Below are positions 12,764-26,207 of a stretch of 64,000 nucleotides of DNA, one piece after another; the stretch's first letter is position 1; each line of letters opens with the position of its first letter. The position numbers and the translations under genes are program-made. The notes beneath the pieces were generated by a model. That model saw only the letters and a list, made by a program, of their open reading frames with translations. It did not search any database and was not told the origin of the DNA. Location: NCBI RefSeq assembly GCF_006345805.1, contig NC_043021.1:26288001-26352000 (forward strand), read 5' to 3'. This DNA comes from Octopus sinensis (taxonomy: Eukaryota).

Positions 12764-13471
12764 CAGCTGGCAACTTAGTTAAACTTAATACTTTTTTTTT
12801 TTATTGTTGCAGTCAGTCGGCTTCAGTTTTCTTTCTCTTCATCTTCGCAATACAACTTGGTCAGCTTCTCACCAAAACAATTCCATACTTCATCCTCCAC
12901 CCCCACCCCCCATCCTAGCACCTTTTTTTTTATCATTGAATTTTTTACTCAGCAGACAAAAGGATGATTTTGGCATCTCCAATGTGATAGATAAGAAGCA
13001 AAGAGCCAAATTAATTCTACATCTAGAACCAAGTAGTAGAAGTAGTAGTAATAATAATAATAATAATGATAATAATAATAATAAAGTATTTGATTTTTCT
13101 CCCTTTACACATTAATTATCTGAAAAACTTTATAAGTTCAGTTCCTGATGAAGAAAAGAAGAAAAAAGAAACCAAAACGAATTGTTGAAACATTGAATCG
13201 GGTTCTTTTGTGAAGACCCAGAATTTTTTTTTCTTTTTTTAATATATAATGGAACACCTTCAGTTGCCTAAACTCAAGAACAGTCTGTTGCCATGATATA
13301 AATTCCTTATTTGTAAATCCATTTGCTAAAAGCAATAACTGATGGTCAACTGTTTTTGCTATTTAAAGAAGAAAAAGCAACAACAACAAAAAAAACGAGC
13401 AAAGTGTTTCATGTCTGTGATAATGTAATCTTTTGGGAATGAACTAGACCCCCCCACATCCATTTCTGCCT

Positions 13472-13543
<72 letters not shown>

Positions 13544-16500
13544 GACAGTAGAACTTTTCTGTTAGAATTTTCCAATGAAATATTCTCTCCTTCTGCATTG
13601 ACTACATTTTCCCAAAATGATAAAAAAAAAAAGATTATGGTTATTTTATTCTTTTAATTTTGTATAAATTTTAACTCGTTAAACTTATTACTAGAAAAGT
13701 TGATTTCAACATACACATTCCTATTCGTCTCTTCCATTAATAGTTGTAACAATATTGAGTCGAGTGGTGAGTTCTCAGAAATGGTAAGACTACTGGACAG
13801 AATACCAGAATACCATTTAGTATTTAGCCTTATCGGTTTTGTCTCTTCTTTGTTCTCAACCCAACACTCAACACGGTTGACTTTGCCTTGTATCTCATTC
13901 TCGTGATTAATGGCTTAGCATTGTCCCTTCTCGACAAAATATTACCTTCTGCCCCTCAGAAGTGAAAATATTTCTTCATCTTTGCCTCTCTCTCCTACAT
14001 ACATACATAGAAATATTTTGGCTAGTAATGGCACATCTTCAATGTTTGTCCAAATATGTCACAAATTGTAGCTTTTATCAATATATGGTCAATTGTCTTA
14101 GAGAAATGCATTTTGTTTGCATAACCGAATTGATGTGTGTATTTCTGTAATAGTAATACAAATAAATGATACACATTTTGAAAAATGTTTAATAATAATA
14201 ATGATAATGACCTTATTGTACCCAGTGCTCAGGTGTACTGCTGCTTATCAGAAAAAGGTAACCAAAACAGTCTATAAAATATGCCCTGGAAATGACCAAT
14301 GAATAGGTTTTTAAAAAGGGGGATGAGAAGCATCAGATGTGTCGTTGACAAACTTCAGGAAGCATGGAAGTTCTGGAAGATGTAGTGTCCCAACAGCTAA
14401 CAACAGGTAGTTTTTTTTTTCCATGCTTTTGTATATCCACACATGTATACGAGTATGTTAATATTATGGTACTAAGAGTACTCTCCCTTATTCCTCAGTT
14501 GCGACAGTGTCATTGGCGACAAAACTGAATTCTGAAATGCAAACTATATTTATATCAGTGATATGCGTGAGTAGTTATTGAAATGTAAGAAAACAAAGTG
14601 TGTAAAGCAAAGATAGAAAAAGGAAAGGGTGTGTTTGTGTATGTGTATATAGGTATGTACACTTATATATATAGGTACAGATAAAAATGAAGATAGGACG
14701 ATACCAATACAAAATAGACAATTAGATAGATTAATAAATATATGCACAGATGGTCAGACTTAATACATAATATATTACATATTAAAATGCGCTAGGGGAA
14801 GTAACTCAAATGAAATGAACTTAGACAATTAAAATAAAGTATGTACTTGCTGTAATTTTTAATTCCCCGAGTTTTCTGTTTACGGAGAGAACAGGAATTT
14901 AAACCTGGTGGCAATTGGTAGAAACTCATAAAGAGGAGAGGAGACATGTAATGTAAATACTAGTCGATGTGTATAGGAATGTGTGTGTGTGTGCATTTGC
15001 AAACATCCTCATCATCATTTTATGTCCATTTTCCATTGTTGATGTGGATTGTGTCGTTTTGGTCAAGTCATTTCATATTCGAACTTACTGCTTTGCCTGA
15101 TGTGACAAAGGCCCATATCTCAGTTTCGGAATGGTTTCTATGGCTGGATGCCCTTCCTAACAGCATCCACATCACAGAACATCTATACGTGTATGTATGA
15201 AAGAAAGCTCATTAGGGGACTCACTTTGATATAATCATCTTACTTTGTTGGGGTTTTTTTCCCTACTTATCATCTTAAAACGTTACACGTGTGTGTGTAT
15301 GTATATATATATATATATACATACATGTTATAACTTTGTTTTATTAGCTTAGATATTCTTATTCCAGACATCCATCACCATTCTCTGGTGATTTTTCTTC
15401 TTTTTTTCTCTCCCTAATATCCTCGCTGGCTTTAGTTTATTATTTGCTGTTTTTGTTGGTTTCCAACACTATCGATGTTACTGTTTGTGCAAATCTGCTA
15501 TATTACTAGGATAAATTATCCCATTCCTGGGTTTTTGTTGTGTTTTTAATATATATTTTCCTTCTATTTGATGGTTTGTCGCCCTCTGTATACAAGAATT
15601 AAGAATTTCAACTTTTCAATTCATCTTCCTGTAAAACTATTTTTAATTAGATTCTTAAATACATTTCAAAACAAATTACTTTAGAGACAAACTTGTCTTT
15701 GTGGAGTTGGATTATCTCTAGATATATTTGCAGATTTTCATCTTTGAAATTGAATTAAAAGTATTTGGTAAAAAGTTTCACCTTGTAAATAAGCATTAGA
15801 TAATTGTTTAAGTACTGTAGAAATTAGCAATTACTGTACATTTGGACTCTAATGTTTCTGGATTTTTATTATTATTATTATTATTACTTTTAAGGCAATG
15901 AGCTGGCAGAATTGTTAGAGTGTCAGGAAAAATACTTTGCAGTATTTGTTTTGGCTCTTTACGTTTTGAGTTCAAATTCCTGTCAAGGTCATGCTTGCCT
16001 TTCATCCTTTTGGGGTTGGTAAAATAAAGAACCATTTCAACAGTAGGGTAGATGTAAATTGACTTACTTCCTTCCCTGAAATTCCTGGCCTTGTGCCAAA
16101 ATTTGAAATCATTATTATTATTTTTATTTTTAATGGGGGAAGACTTTTTTTTTTTTTCATGAAAGTCAACATTTAGTCCATTTTGATAATTTCCATCCAC
16201 TTTTAAATACCCACCCCCAACCACATCCACATACAAAACATCAAAATATTGTTCATATTTCAAATTTTCTATGTACAATCTTTTTTTTTTTTGTCTTTTT
16301 ACATTTCTTTAATTATATTTAAAAAAATTATATATATATATTTAGATATATATATATATAAACATCTAAAAAAAAAAGAATTTTTTAACCAGAATTCTAT
16401 AAAAGTCAAATCAAAATCTGAATATTAACGAGAAGAAAATTTATAGATTATTAACTTAATAATCAGTGTTAGGTATTTTTGGATACAAGTGTCAAGTCAC

Positions 16501-19434
16501 TGAAATGGAGAAATATTATAAATTTGTGTCTTTTAGATCTTTATATATTTTTCAGTCCATTGTTTCTTTCTCTCCCTCTCCCCCCCCCCCCCCCTCTGTT
16601 TAATTTAAAACTTTTTTCCTTCCAAACTATTGAACGTATTTTTATGACGTGGTGCTATATCAAATTGGGTAGCATGAAAATACTGGTTGTAATAAAATAA
16701 AATAAAATAAAAATGAACAGAAATTGTACAACAGTGATGTGTGATTATGAAACAAGGCTTGCCCTAATTGTAGCAGATTTTATTTACTTTTTTTTTTATA
16801 GAAAACTAAGGTAAAAAATGACCTTGAAAACTTTTCTTTTTTGCAAATATGTTTCCTATAAAATTCTTCCTGCTTTTCCAAATGAAATATCACTTGCGTG
16901 ATCACAATATTTAATCTCCACATGTTCCAAATCTTCCTTAAAATTAATTCCTTCCCATTTTCTTTTCATATTTTTAATATTATATTTTTAACCATTTATT
17001 ACATACATAACACACTCACACATGTATATGTAAGTGTTTGCATATATACAAGTATATATATATATGTAGGCATTCATACACTTACAGCTGTACCCCTATA
17101 CAAAGAGATCTCTTCAAACCCTGCCTAGAATTCTCATAGATGTCACTTTTTAGAGGATGTCACTTATTATTCTCCTCACTTCAATTTCTCCTTCATAAAT
17201 TGTTTTTCCATCTTTTTTTCTTTTCTCAAACCATAAAACGATAAAATATCAAAATGGATTTATACAAAGAAACAAACTGTCAGACAATTCTTTGAATAGC
17301 CATCTTGTTTTCATTTGTGCTGTTTCCATTTTCTTTTTCTTTCTTTCTTTCCTTTTTTTTTAGCCAGTGATGGTCAATTTGGTCCATAATGTGTGTGTGT
17401 GTCTGTCTGTGGGTATGTCTGTGTGTCAGTCTGCTTGATGCTGTACAGCTACCAAATTGTTCTTAATGCCCCACTCCACCCCACCCCCACTTGCTGTCCT
17501 TAGAAGTAGCTGCAGTCCCAGCAACAGACAAGGATGATTTTAATCAAATAAAAAGAATAAATAAACTCTTTAATTAACAATGAAGACAATTTTCTGAGCA
17601 CACCCAGTGCCTTCCTCCTTTTTTTCCATTTTCTGGGTTGTCTTTAAGAAGAAAAAAAAATAATAATAAAAAATGTAAAATAAATGTCAGCTCAGTACAA
17701 AAAAAGACCCCTTAAAGGTTGTGGATAGCATTCTTATGCTAAAGATTTGGCAACTGGCCATGAATTAATTTTGCTGCTAGACAAATACTCTCTCTCTTTC
17801 CTCCTCTCTCTTTCTCTCTCTCTCTCTGTCTCTCTCTCTCTCTCTTTCCTCCTCCCACCATCACCACCATTTATATTAGTCTGTATTTTTAGAGAGGGTC
17901 ACCTTATATCAGAAAGGCAGTTTCATGATCATTGTAAGTGCTTTTTCTTCTTTTTTTTTCTCTCTCTCTCTTGTAACTAATAACTTTACGTACATATAGC
18001 TACATACAAATAATACACATACATATATATATATGCATGCACATATGCACTCGTGTGTGCATTTGCGTGTGCGTACACACACAATATTTGCTCCTTGCAG
18101 CAAGGAAATTCCATGTATTTCACTTTGAAGTTTTTATGAAATATTTTTTAAGAAAAAAAAAAAAATCAAAAAGGAAAGGAAAAGAGATTTAAAGACCAAA
18201 ATAAAAATTGGTTGATATATTTAAAAAAAAGAAGAAAAGAAAAGAAAATGTAGACAAAGAAAATAATGACATCAAACCGTTCCCTTCTCTTGCTCTGTTG
18301 CTCCTCTTGTGTCTTATAATCCTGTTTTAGTGAAACTAAAGGGAATTCTTTAGCTATGCAGGCACGGCCAGGCAAGGGGTTTGAAAGAATGACAACCTGA
18401 AGACTTGGGGGGGTCACAAGAACTTCTTCACCACATGTTTACTATCAAGGCAGCTCGTTAAGTCTATATTGGCAGGTAAGCTTGCTAACACATCACCAAC
18501 TGTGTATGCTACTGGTCAGTGGTCAAGTCCTCCTTACATTGGGACTATTATTGGTGAACCACTAAAAAACACTTTGGTTTTCATGCAGAATGTGTAATGC
18601 AAGTCGAGTTGAGTGGAGTTCATCGGTCTTTTAGTGAGAAAGAGGAGTTGGACTCGGTGCCACATGCTAGCACTTGTCATTTTTTGTAGTAACGATGCTG
18701 ATTACAGCAGCTGACCGATTTTCTCCAATTGATTGGACATTCAGAGTTAAATGTCTCCACAACATTGGCACATTTGAGATCCCTGACCCTTTGGCTAATA
18801 GCAGTGAAACACGTGGTGTGTGTGAATACACTCGGGGTTAACCAATGCCTTCTGAGAAAGAAATTTTATTATGATTAAAACAGTGGAAACATGTCATCTA
18901 TGCATGTGTTTTGTGTGTATGTGTGTATATATATTTATATATATCGGTGTGTGAGTGTGTTGCCTTAAGATATATACTCATTGGTGATAAATCCATGAAT
19001 CAAGCAAAAATATCCTGTGGATTTTTTTTTTTTCCAGCCAAGTTACACAGACACCCACACCCCACTTCAACTCCCCTGTCGTACTGGGCCATTGGAAAGG
19101 CAGTGAGCCTGTGTGGTTGGCCTGTTTTGGAAGCCTACAACCACCAACCCTAAGTTATTTACTCTTCACACTTTTTTAAGATGTCCCTAAGTGTTATCCA
19201 TATAATTTCCTTTAGTCAACCTTATGTATTATTATTATTATTATTATTTTCGGTGGTCAGCAGACTGGGCTGAATGCTTGGCAGCATTTTGTCCATCTTC
19301 AGATTCTGCTTTGGTCAACTTTGCCTTTCTTCCTTTAAGCATTGATAAAATGAGTACCAGTTGCATACTGAGGTCAATATAACTGACTTAGCCCCTTCCA
19401 CAAAACTTCAGGTCTTCTGCCTACAGTAGAAAGG

Positions 19435-19473
<39 letters not shown>

Positions 19474-20664
19474 CTGATTCTATATAAGCTGTCATGATTA
19501 GATTTTTGAAGACATCTTTCTTCAAACCAATCATTGTCTTCTCCTCTGATTTTCTCTTTTCTTCTCATTCATCAGTGTTCCTTTATGGTTTTCTGCTGTT
19601 GCCAAATATGGTGTGTTTGTGTGTGCTTGTGATTTTTATTATTATTATTTTAATCTTGCTTTGTAAATTAAATATTTACAAATTATGATGGGGGGGTCTT
19701 TTTTTTTTACTGTTTCCTTCTTTTCAACTTCTTGAATTATCTTTGAAAATTCTCTTCTGTATCTTTGAAAATATGGCTCAATAAGTTTTTTTTGCGTACT
19801 TTTTTTAAATCTTTCCTCTTGAACTCTAGTTGGATAGGGCAGCACCAAGCTACATCATTTACACATTTTTTTTGTTGTTTTATCAACAAAACAAAATTAT
19901 TTTAAAAAACTTTTGATCATAATCCACCACATTCTTAGATGGGACAATCATAAACTATATATTTACCATATCAAACTCTTCCTTAATAATTCCTCCACAG
20001 TTTGCATAAATTAAGCCATTGGCGCTTAGGAGCCGTGTTTTACCATCATACCATGTGGATTTTTTCTTTTCTTTTTTTTCTTTATAAACTAAGAAAATAG
20101 TTTTTGTTTTTCAAAACTACATTCCAAACATGTTGATTATCATTTTTTTAATGATCTCATTTAAATCTTAATTATAACACACACAAACATTTGATGATAG
20201 ATGAATTCCAGTCCATTTCCTTTAGCCAGTCTTGTTTTGTCACCTCACAATCTGGTTCTTCCAAGCTAAAACACCACATAAATATATTTCAGCTTTTGCT
20301 CCTTTCCGCCAAACTCACTCACCTGTATGTTGACATACCTGCTGAGCATGTTTTGCTTTGCTCAATACTTTTTTTTTTTTTTTTTTCATTTGTAATACTA
20401 AACAATTTTCTAAAGCATCTTCCATTTCTGCTGTTTTAAATCTTTTTTTTTTCATTTCTTTTTACCTTTTTTTTTATTCAGGAACTTTCTTCCATTGTTT
20501 TACTACAGTTTAGCTTTAAAAAAAAACACATTTTACTGGCCATTTTCTTGCTGAGCTAAAGTAGACCTACCAGTCTTCCATTTTCTTATTTCACCAAAAC
20601 CAGAATCTAACACAGGGATTGAGATATTAACTTATTCTAACCAAATTTAATCTTATAGTCCTCA

Positions 20665-20779
<115 letters not shown>

Positions 20780-23012
20780 CACTAATTAGATGGAATGTCA
20801 ATTAACTTGCAGTTAATTAAAACCGTACGCCAAAACATCTTTCTATACGCACAGTTTTTGTTCCAAACTTATCTTGGATGACGATGATGATGATGATGAT
20901 AATAATAATAATAATGATAATAATACTAATAATACATTCTCCCATAATCATCTGACTTTACATATTGGTGCTTCTAATCTATTTGTGCCAAGAGGAAAAA
21001 TCAGCTCCAATCCATCTGAAGCTGTTCATTTTTTTTCTTCCCTTTTTTTCTTTTTTCTTTTTTTGAGGTGACAAAGCATTCTTTCTTTTTTTCCTTCTTT
21101 TTTTTATCTCTTTCTTTAGCATGCACATCTATCATTTTAATCCTGTAGCTATGTAGTGTTGCATATTCTGCTAGTAGATTTCTTTTTCTTTTTTTTTTTT
21201 TTAACCATTCTAGTGTTTTGTTTTGTTTTGTTTTTTTTTGTTTTTTTAGAGTCTTGTATTGCTCAACTTCTGAGACTGCCAGTCCAAAACAGACCTGCAC
21301 TTGTGGTGCTTACCTGTTTGCTGTCACTGATTCTCTTGCTACCGACAATCACATTCCTACCTGTTTGGCAATTCCATATTAAATAACATTAATGGTGGCG
21401 AGTTGGCAGAAATAGAACCCTGAATTGGGTCTTCGGCCCTTTGTACCCCTCTTTTCCCTTTTTCAAACTCAAATCCTGCTGAGGTCTACCTTGCCTTTGA
21501 TCCCGCCAATTTTAATGAATTAAGTACCAGTCATATTCATGGATTCAATAACAATGGACTAGTGCAACCCTGGCTAAGAATTGACCAAGTCTCAGATCGG
21601 TTAAAATCACAAACAACATGAGTCCCTGATCTTCTAAGAAACTGGAGGGGGGGAAAAAAAGAGAGAAAAACAAAAAAATATTGCTTTGGTTTATTTATCA
21701 TTTTGTTAATATTATTATTATTATTTTTTTTTCTTCTTTTATTGTGTAAAGAATAGGGTCCAAATATTTTGTGTGCATTATTTTATTATTTTGGATGTGC
21801 CCCCTTCTCCCCCATTCACCATTAATTATAATATTGTGACTGACTCCACAATGGCTGTGAGTGTGGTGTTGTAGGAATGAGCAACTGTGTATCATACAGT
21901 CACCATCGGATTAGCTCAGACCTTTCATTGAGACCATTGGCATTTTTCAAAGAATTACAGTGCCTGCATCTTCTTCACTATTTTTCTATTGATATATTTT
22001 AACCCCTGAAAATGAAGTCGTATTATGTGTATATAAATGTGTGCGTGTGTGTTTAGACATATATTTGCATACACCCATGTGTATATGTGTGTGTGTGTGG
22101 CTGTATGTATACATACATATATATACATACATGAATGTGTGTGTGTGTGTGTGTGTATGCATATATAAGATATATTCACACATACACATAAAAATCTATA
22201 ATATACACACACACACACACCCACCCACACATAAATTGTGTTTGTTTGTATATGCATGAAATACACACAGACAGACATCTATGTATTGAGTCATATCCTT
22301 CCATTCTTGACTCTCTCTCTCTCTCTCTCTCTCTCATAATTCCTCAATTGTTTCTCCTCTTCCTGGTATCAATGATCCCATCCTCTGGTTAAACTTACTG
22401 AGCTGCTGCTGCCTGACATGTAAACTCTGATGAATTGAGCTCATTCTTTCTTTCTTTCTTCCTTCTTTCTTCCTTCTCTTCCCCTGCCACCTGTCGGATC
22501 CAGAAGCTGACTGGACGCAAAAATGATATTGTGTGATTGAAAATAAAAACAAAAACCAAACTCTGCTTACTACATTGTATTGTATTTATTTTTTATTTAT
22601 ATTGATTCTTCCTTTTATGGCTGTTTATTTTCATCAATTCCGGTGGATAGGTAGACACCCCCCTCCTCCCCCTCTATCCTTTGTTCTTTTTTTTTTCCTC
22701 TTTTTATTTGATTGGAAGCTTTGAAAATAACTGCCTTTGAAAAATATATATGTGTATCTATGTATCCATATGTGTAGATATATGTATATATAAATATGTG
22801 AATGTGTGTGAGTGTTTATATATATATAAACACTCACACATGTATATACATTACATATGTGTGCATTCGTGCACATATGTATATTTGGAGAAAAATACTT
22901 ACTCCATCTATCCATAGATGATGTTAACATTCTAGCTGCCATAAGGAAGATTTTTTCTTCCTTTCACTGCAAAAAGAAAAATGAATAAAATATAAGTTGA
23001 TGTTAATGAATT

Positions 23013-23048
<36 letters not shown>

Positions 23049-24376
23049 CTCCTCTTCCTCCTCCTTTTCAGACACACTTCACCTATTCTGTTTTTACTTA
23101 CCTCTTAATTTCTCGTTTGCAACAACACAATCCTACGTAAAACTGTAGCAGTCAACCAGGCCTGAAATATGCGATATCACAGAAATTGTACTAACCTTGC
23201 TTACATTCATTTTGAAGAAAGTGATGAACTCTTTAATGTAAGGGCCGTAACTCTAATTCATTTCTCTTCTGTAAAAGAACCAATTTCCAAGACTGGTCCG
23301 ATGTTTTTTTGGTTTTTTTTTATCTGGAAAATTTTCAACAAAATGTAAATATTTCAAGCCAAAAGAATTGAGATTTTATTTTGAAATTACTGTGTGTCAA
23401 GAATGAGACAACATAGCAGGTGCCATTAACGAACGAATGTTTTATTTTTGGCCGTGACACAGTCTTGCCAGATTTTTAAGATTTCCTTATGGCACAGTCA
23501 GAGGAGAGCATGCAGGGCCTCTGAAAACAATATGAGAAAGACAGAAGAAACTGGAATTCATTGAGTACAATGCATCTGGTGGACTTGTGATTTCACATAC
23601 AAGGCGTGAGTCAATCAGAGTTGAACCCAAAACTAAAGGATTGCAAATGAAACTTGTTACTCCCCCAGTCATCAATGGCCCCACAAAGTATCTTGTTTTT
23701 TGACAAACAGAACCAACAGCAGAGCCTCTCTATGCTGTCCTGTTGTTTTAAAAAGAGGAAGATACATGGAATATATTTGGATGTATTTTGCCTGAAAAAC
23801 TAGGGGGGATGGTCGTGGCTGGCCAAGAACTAAAATTCAACAGCTGTTGTAGAGCCACCACATGTGTAATGTCAGATGTGGTGTTGATTGATACAATGAA
23901 CCCTTGTGGATAGATTCCAGAAGGTTTTATCCAGCAGTGATTAGTAGCTGGGTGGAGTTGAGAAGTTTCTTTCCCAGTCACATGGTTTCAAGTTCAATCC
24001 CATTCTGCAGCACCCTTTTGAGTAGAGCTGGTGGACAGAAACTGAAAGAGGCACATAGTATGTGTGTGCGTATATATATGTATATGTGTGTTCATGTCCC
24101 TGTCATACAAGCAGTGTTATTTATTTTCAACCTTTCATGAAAACATGTCTGGCCAGGGGGAAATATTACCTTGTTTGGAAACAAAAAAGGCATCTGTTCA
24201 TAGAAAAAAAAAATCTGCCTTGACAAATACTGTCTGACCGATGCAAGGCAAAATGGACATTAAAATAATAAGAATATCATTTTGCTTCTAAACATAGCAA
24301 AGTTGTCCAGCCAAGAAGTGACCAGCTGTGTCCTGCAGTCGTCTGGCCAGTCCAGCTAAGATACATATATCTTGGA

Positions 24377-24682
24377 CTATTGTTCTACATTTAAGAGATG
24401 AGGAATTAAGTACATTATTTGCATTTGACGAATATTTGTTTTATGCCCACAGGCATATGGCATAGTGGTTAAGAGTGTGGGCTACTAATCCCAAGATTCC
24501 AAGCAGTGACCTGAAAAATATTAATGATAATAATAAGAACAACATCGAGAAATACCATAGGAATGAGAACCCAGGTTCGAAATTTCCCCAAGACACCTGA
24601 TGAAGGCTGGAGGGTATATCAGCCGAAACGTGTTAACAATGAATAAGATGAGGACAAATATCCATCAAATGTAAATAATGTA
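24377..24682 (+). mobile_element. tRNA-headed short element with hammerhead-like tail and inverted tail duplication
   Basis: A box TGGCATAGTGG 24458-24468; CUGAUGA 24597-24603, GGCUG/CAGCC stem, GAAAC 24625-24629; inverted repeat 24411-24439 / 24654-24682; flanking direct repeat TATCTTGGA. Confidence 0.7.
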
Positions 24683-26117
24683 TCTTGGAATATATCTTTC
24701 ACTGTGCTCTCTCCCTCCAGATAGTGTGGTGTTATTTGAAGGTAATACGACTGGTATATCTAGCAGATTGAGTTGCCACATAGGGACACCTTTGTGTCTG
24801 CCAGTGGGAACCACATCAAAGGTAGAGAAGTGAGGTGTTTGTCAGAGCAAGGCAGTTGCTGTCTCATTGGTGCCACGGTTCTTTGTTTATTTGAACAAAG
24901 CACAAGAGTCTCCAGAAGTATTGCAATGGCGTTTTCAGCTGCTTCCATTCATGTTGGAGAATATCAACAAAAGCAAAATCTGCTCCTCACATGTCTGGGC
25001 AGCAGCATATTGATGCAGTGTGCATTGCATCAATTTCTGCTTGTCGTCATTGTTTACCCCCCCCCTCCCTACATAATCAAACGTTTGACCCAACACCATC
25101 CTGCCTTTTCATGTATTGTGTTTCTCATCAACCCACTCATGAACTCATCCCTTTTAAGCCAGAGACCATCAATGGTTTATCTCCAGGCATCGCTCTCCTT
25201 GATCCTCCTCTTCAATTGCCCTCACTTCTATTCAGATTTTATTTTGTTCTCAAACTCTAGAATTTTCTTGGCCTTCCCTCTCTTCTGTTTGTTCTGAAAG
25301 TTTCCCTTAAGGAACTGCCTGACAAATCTGTGTACAAAATTCCACTTTCTGTTGGGTCTCCACGTCAATAGGCTCTGGTTATATTTTCTCTCACAAAGCT
25401 ATGTTACTGATTTTTTTTTTTTGCCAGCCCATGGACTCTGAGTGTCCTCTGGAGCCAGAGTTCAATGAAGGTCTGCATCTTCTTCAGATTCAGAACTTCA
25501 TTTATCAGCCCCTTACAGTTCGATTGATTTCATGCTTGAATTGAAGATGGAAACGTCATGAGGGCAGGCCCCAAACTTCAACAGAAGGAATGCAACACAC
25601 ACTGATTTTGCAAGGGTTTGTTGCAGACCAAGCAAACACCCAGTGCTTCTTGTATTGGTTCATTTTCTTCTTTGGTATGGGACGATTGGTGTCTGGAGTA
25701 GGACTGCAAATATATTGCAGTTGAGCTGTAAGTAGTGGCAGCAGCCCTTTAAGATAAATCAACAAATTTTATGAGGGCATACAAGGCTGAGTTCAGTTTC
25801 TGCCTTGGAGAAAAAACTAGAGGCAGACGTATGATGGCTCATCTTGTAAGACTTGCATGGAGTTTATTAAGGCAGATTTTCCACAGCTGGATGCTCTTCT
25901 GGTTACTCTTCACAAGCAAGATTCTATTTCTCCAGGACCAGACATGTTTTCACTGAATATTGAACAGGAATAACATTTGTCAAGACAAGGAAACACAAAC
26001 ATATCATTCATACACACACACACACACACATATATACATACATATATATGTATGTATGGAGCTTATATATATATATACATACATACATGTACATACTTAT
26101 ATATATATACATGCATA

Positions 26118-26149
<32 letters not shown>

Positions 26150-26207
26150 CATATATAACTATATATATTTATATATATACATACATACATATATATACAT
26201 TTACACA

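Noticed and set aside
13141-13180. CTGATGA...GAAAC hammerhead-like motif
   Set aside because: The intervening sequence is purine-only, so stem II cannot form, and there is no UH site.
24450-24520. Functional tRNA gene (also other SINE heads)
   Set aside because: No complete cloverleaf; T-arm/B box eroded; these are repeat heads.
25330-25760. Possible old LINE remnant on the minus strand (similar hints at 48000-49060 and 54600-56200)
   Set aside because: Only faint motif resemblance; boundaries and family cannot be supported by eye.
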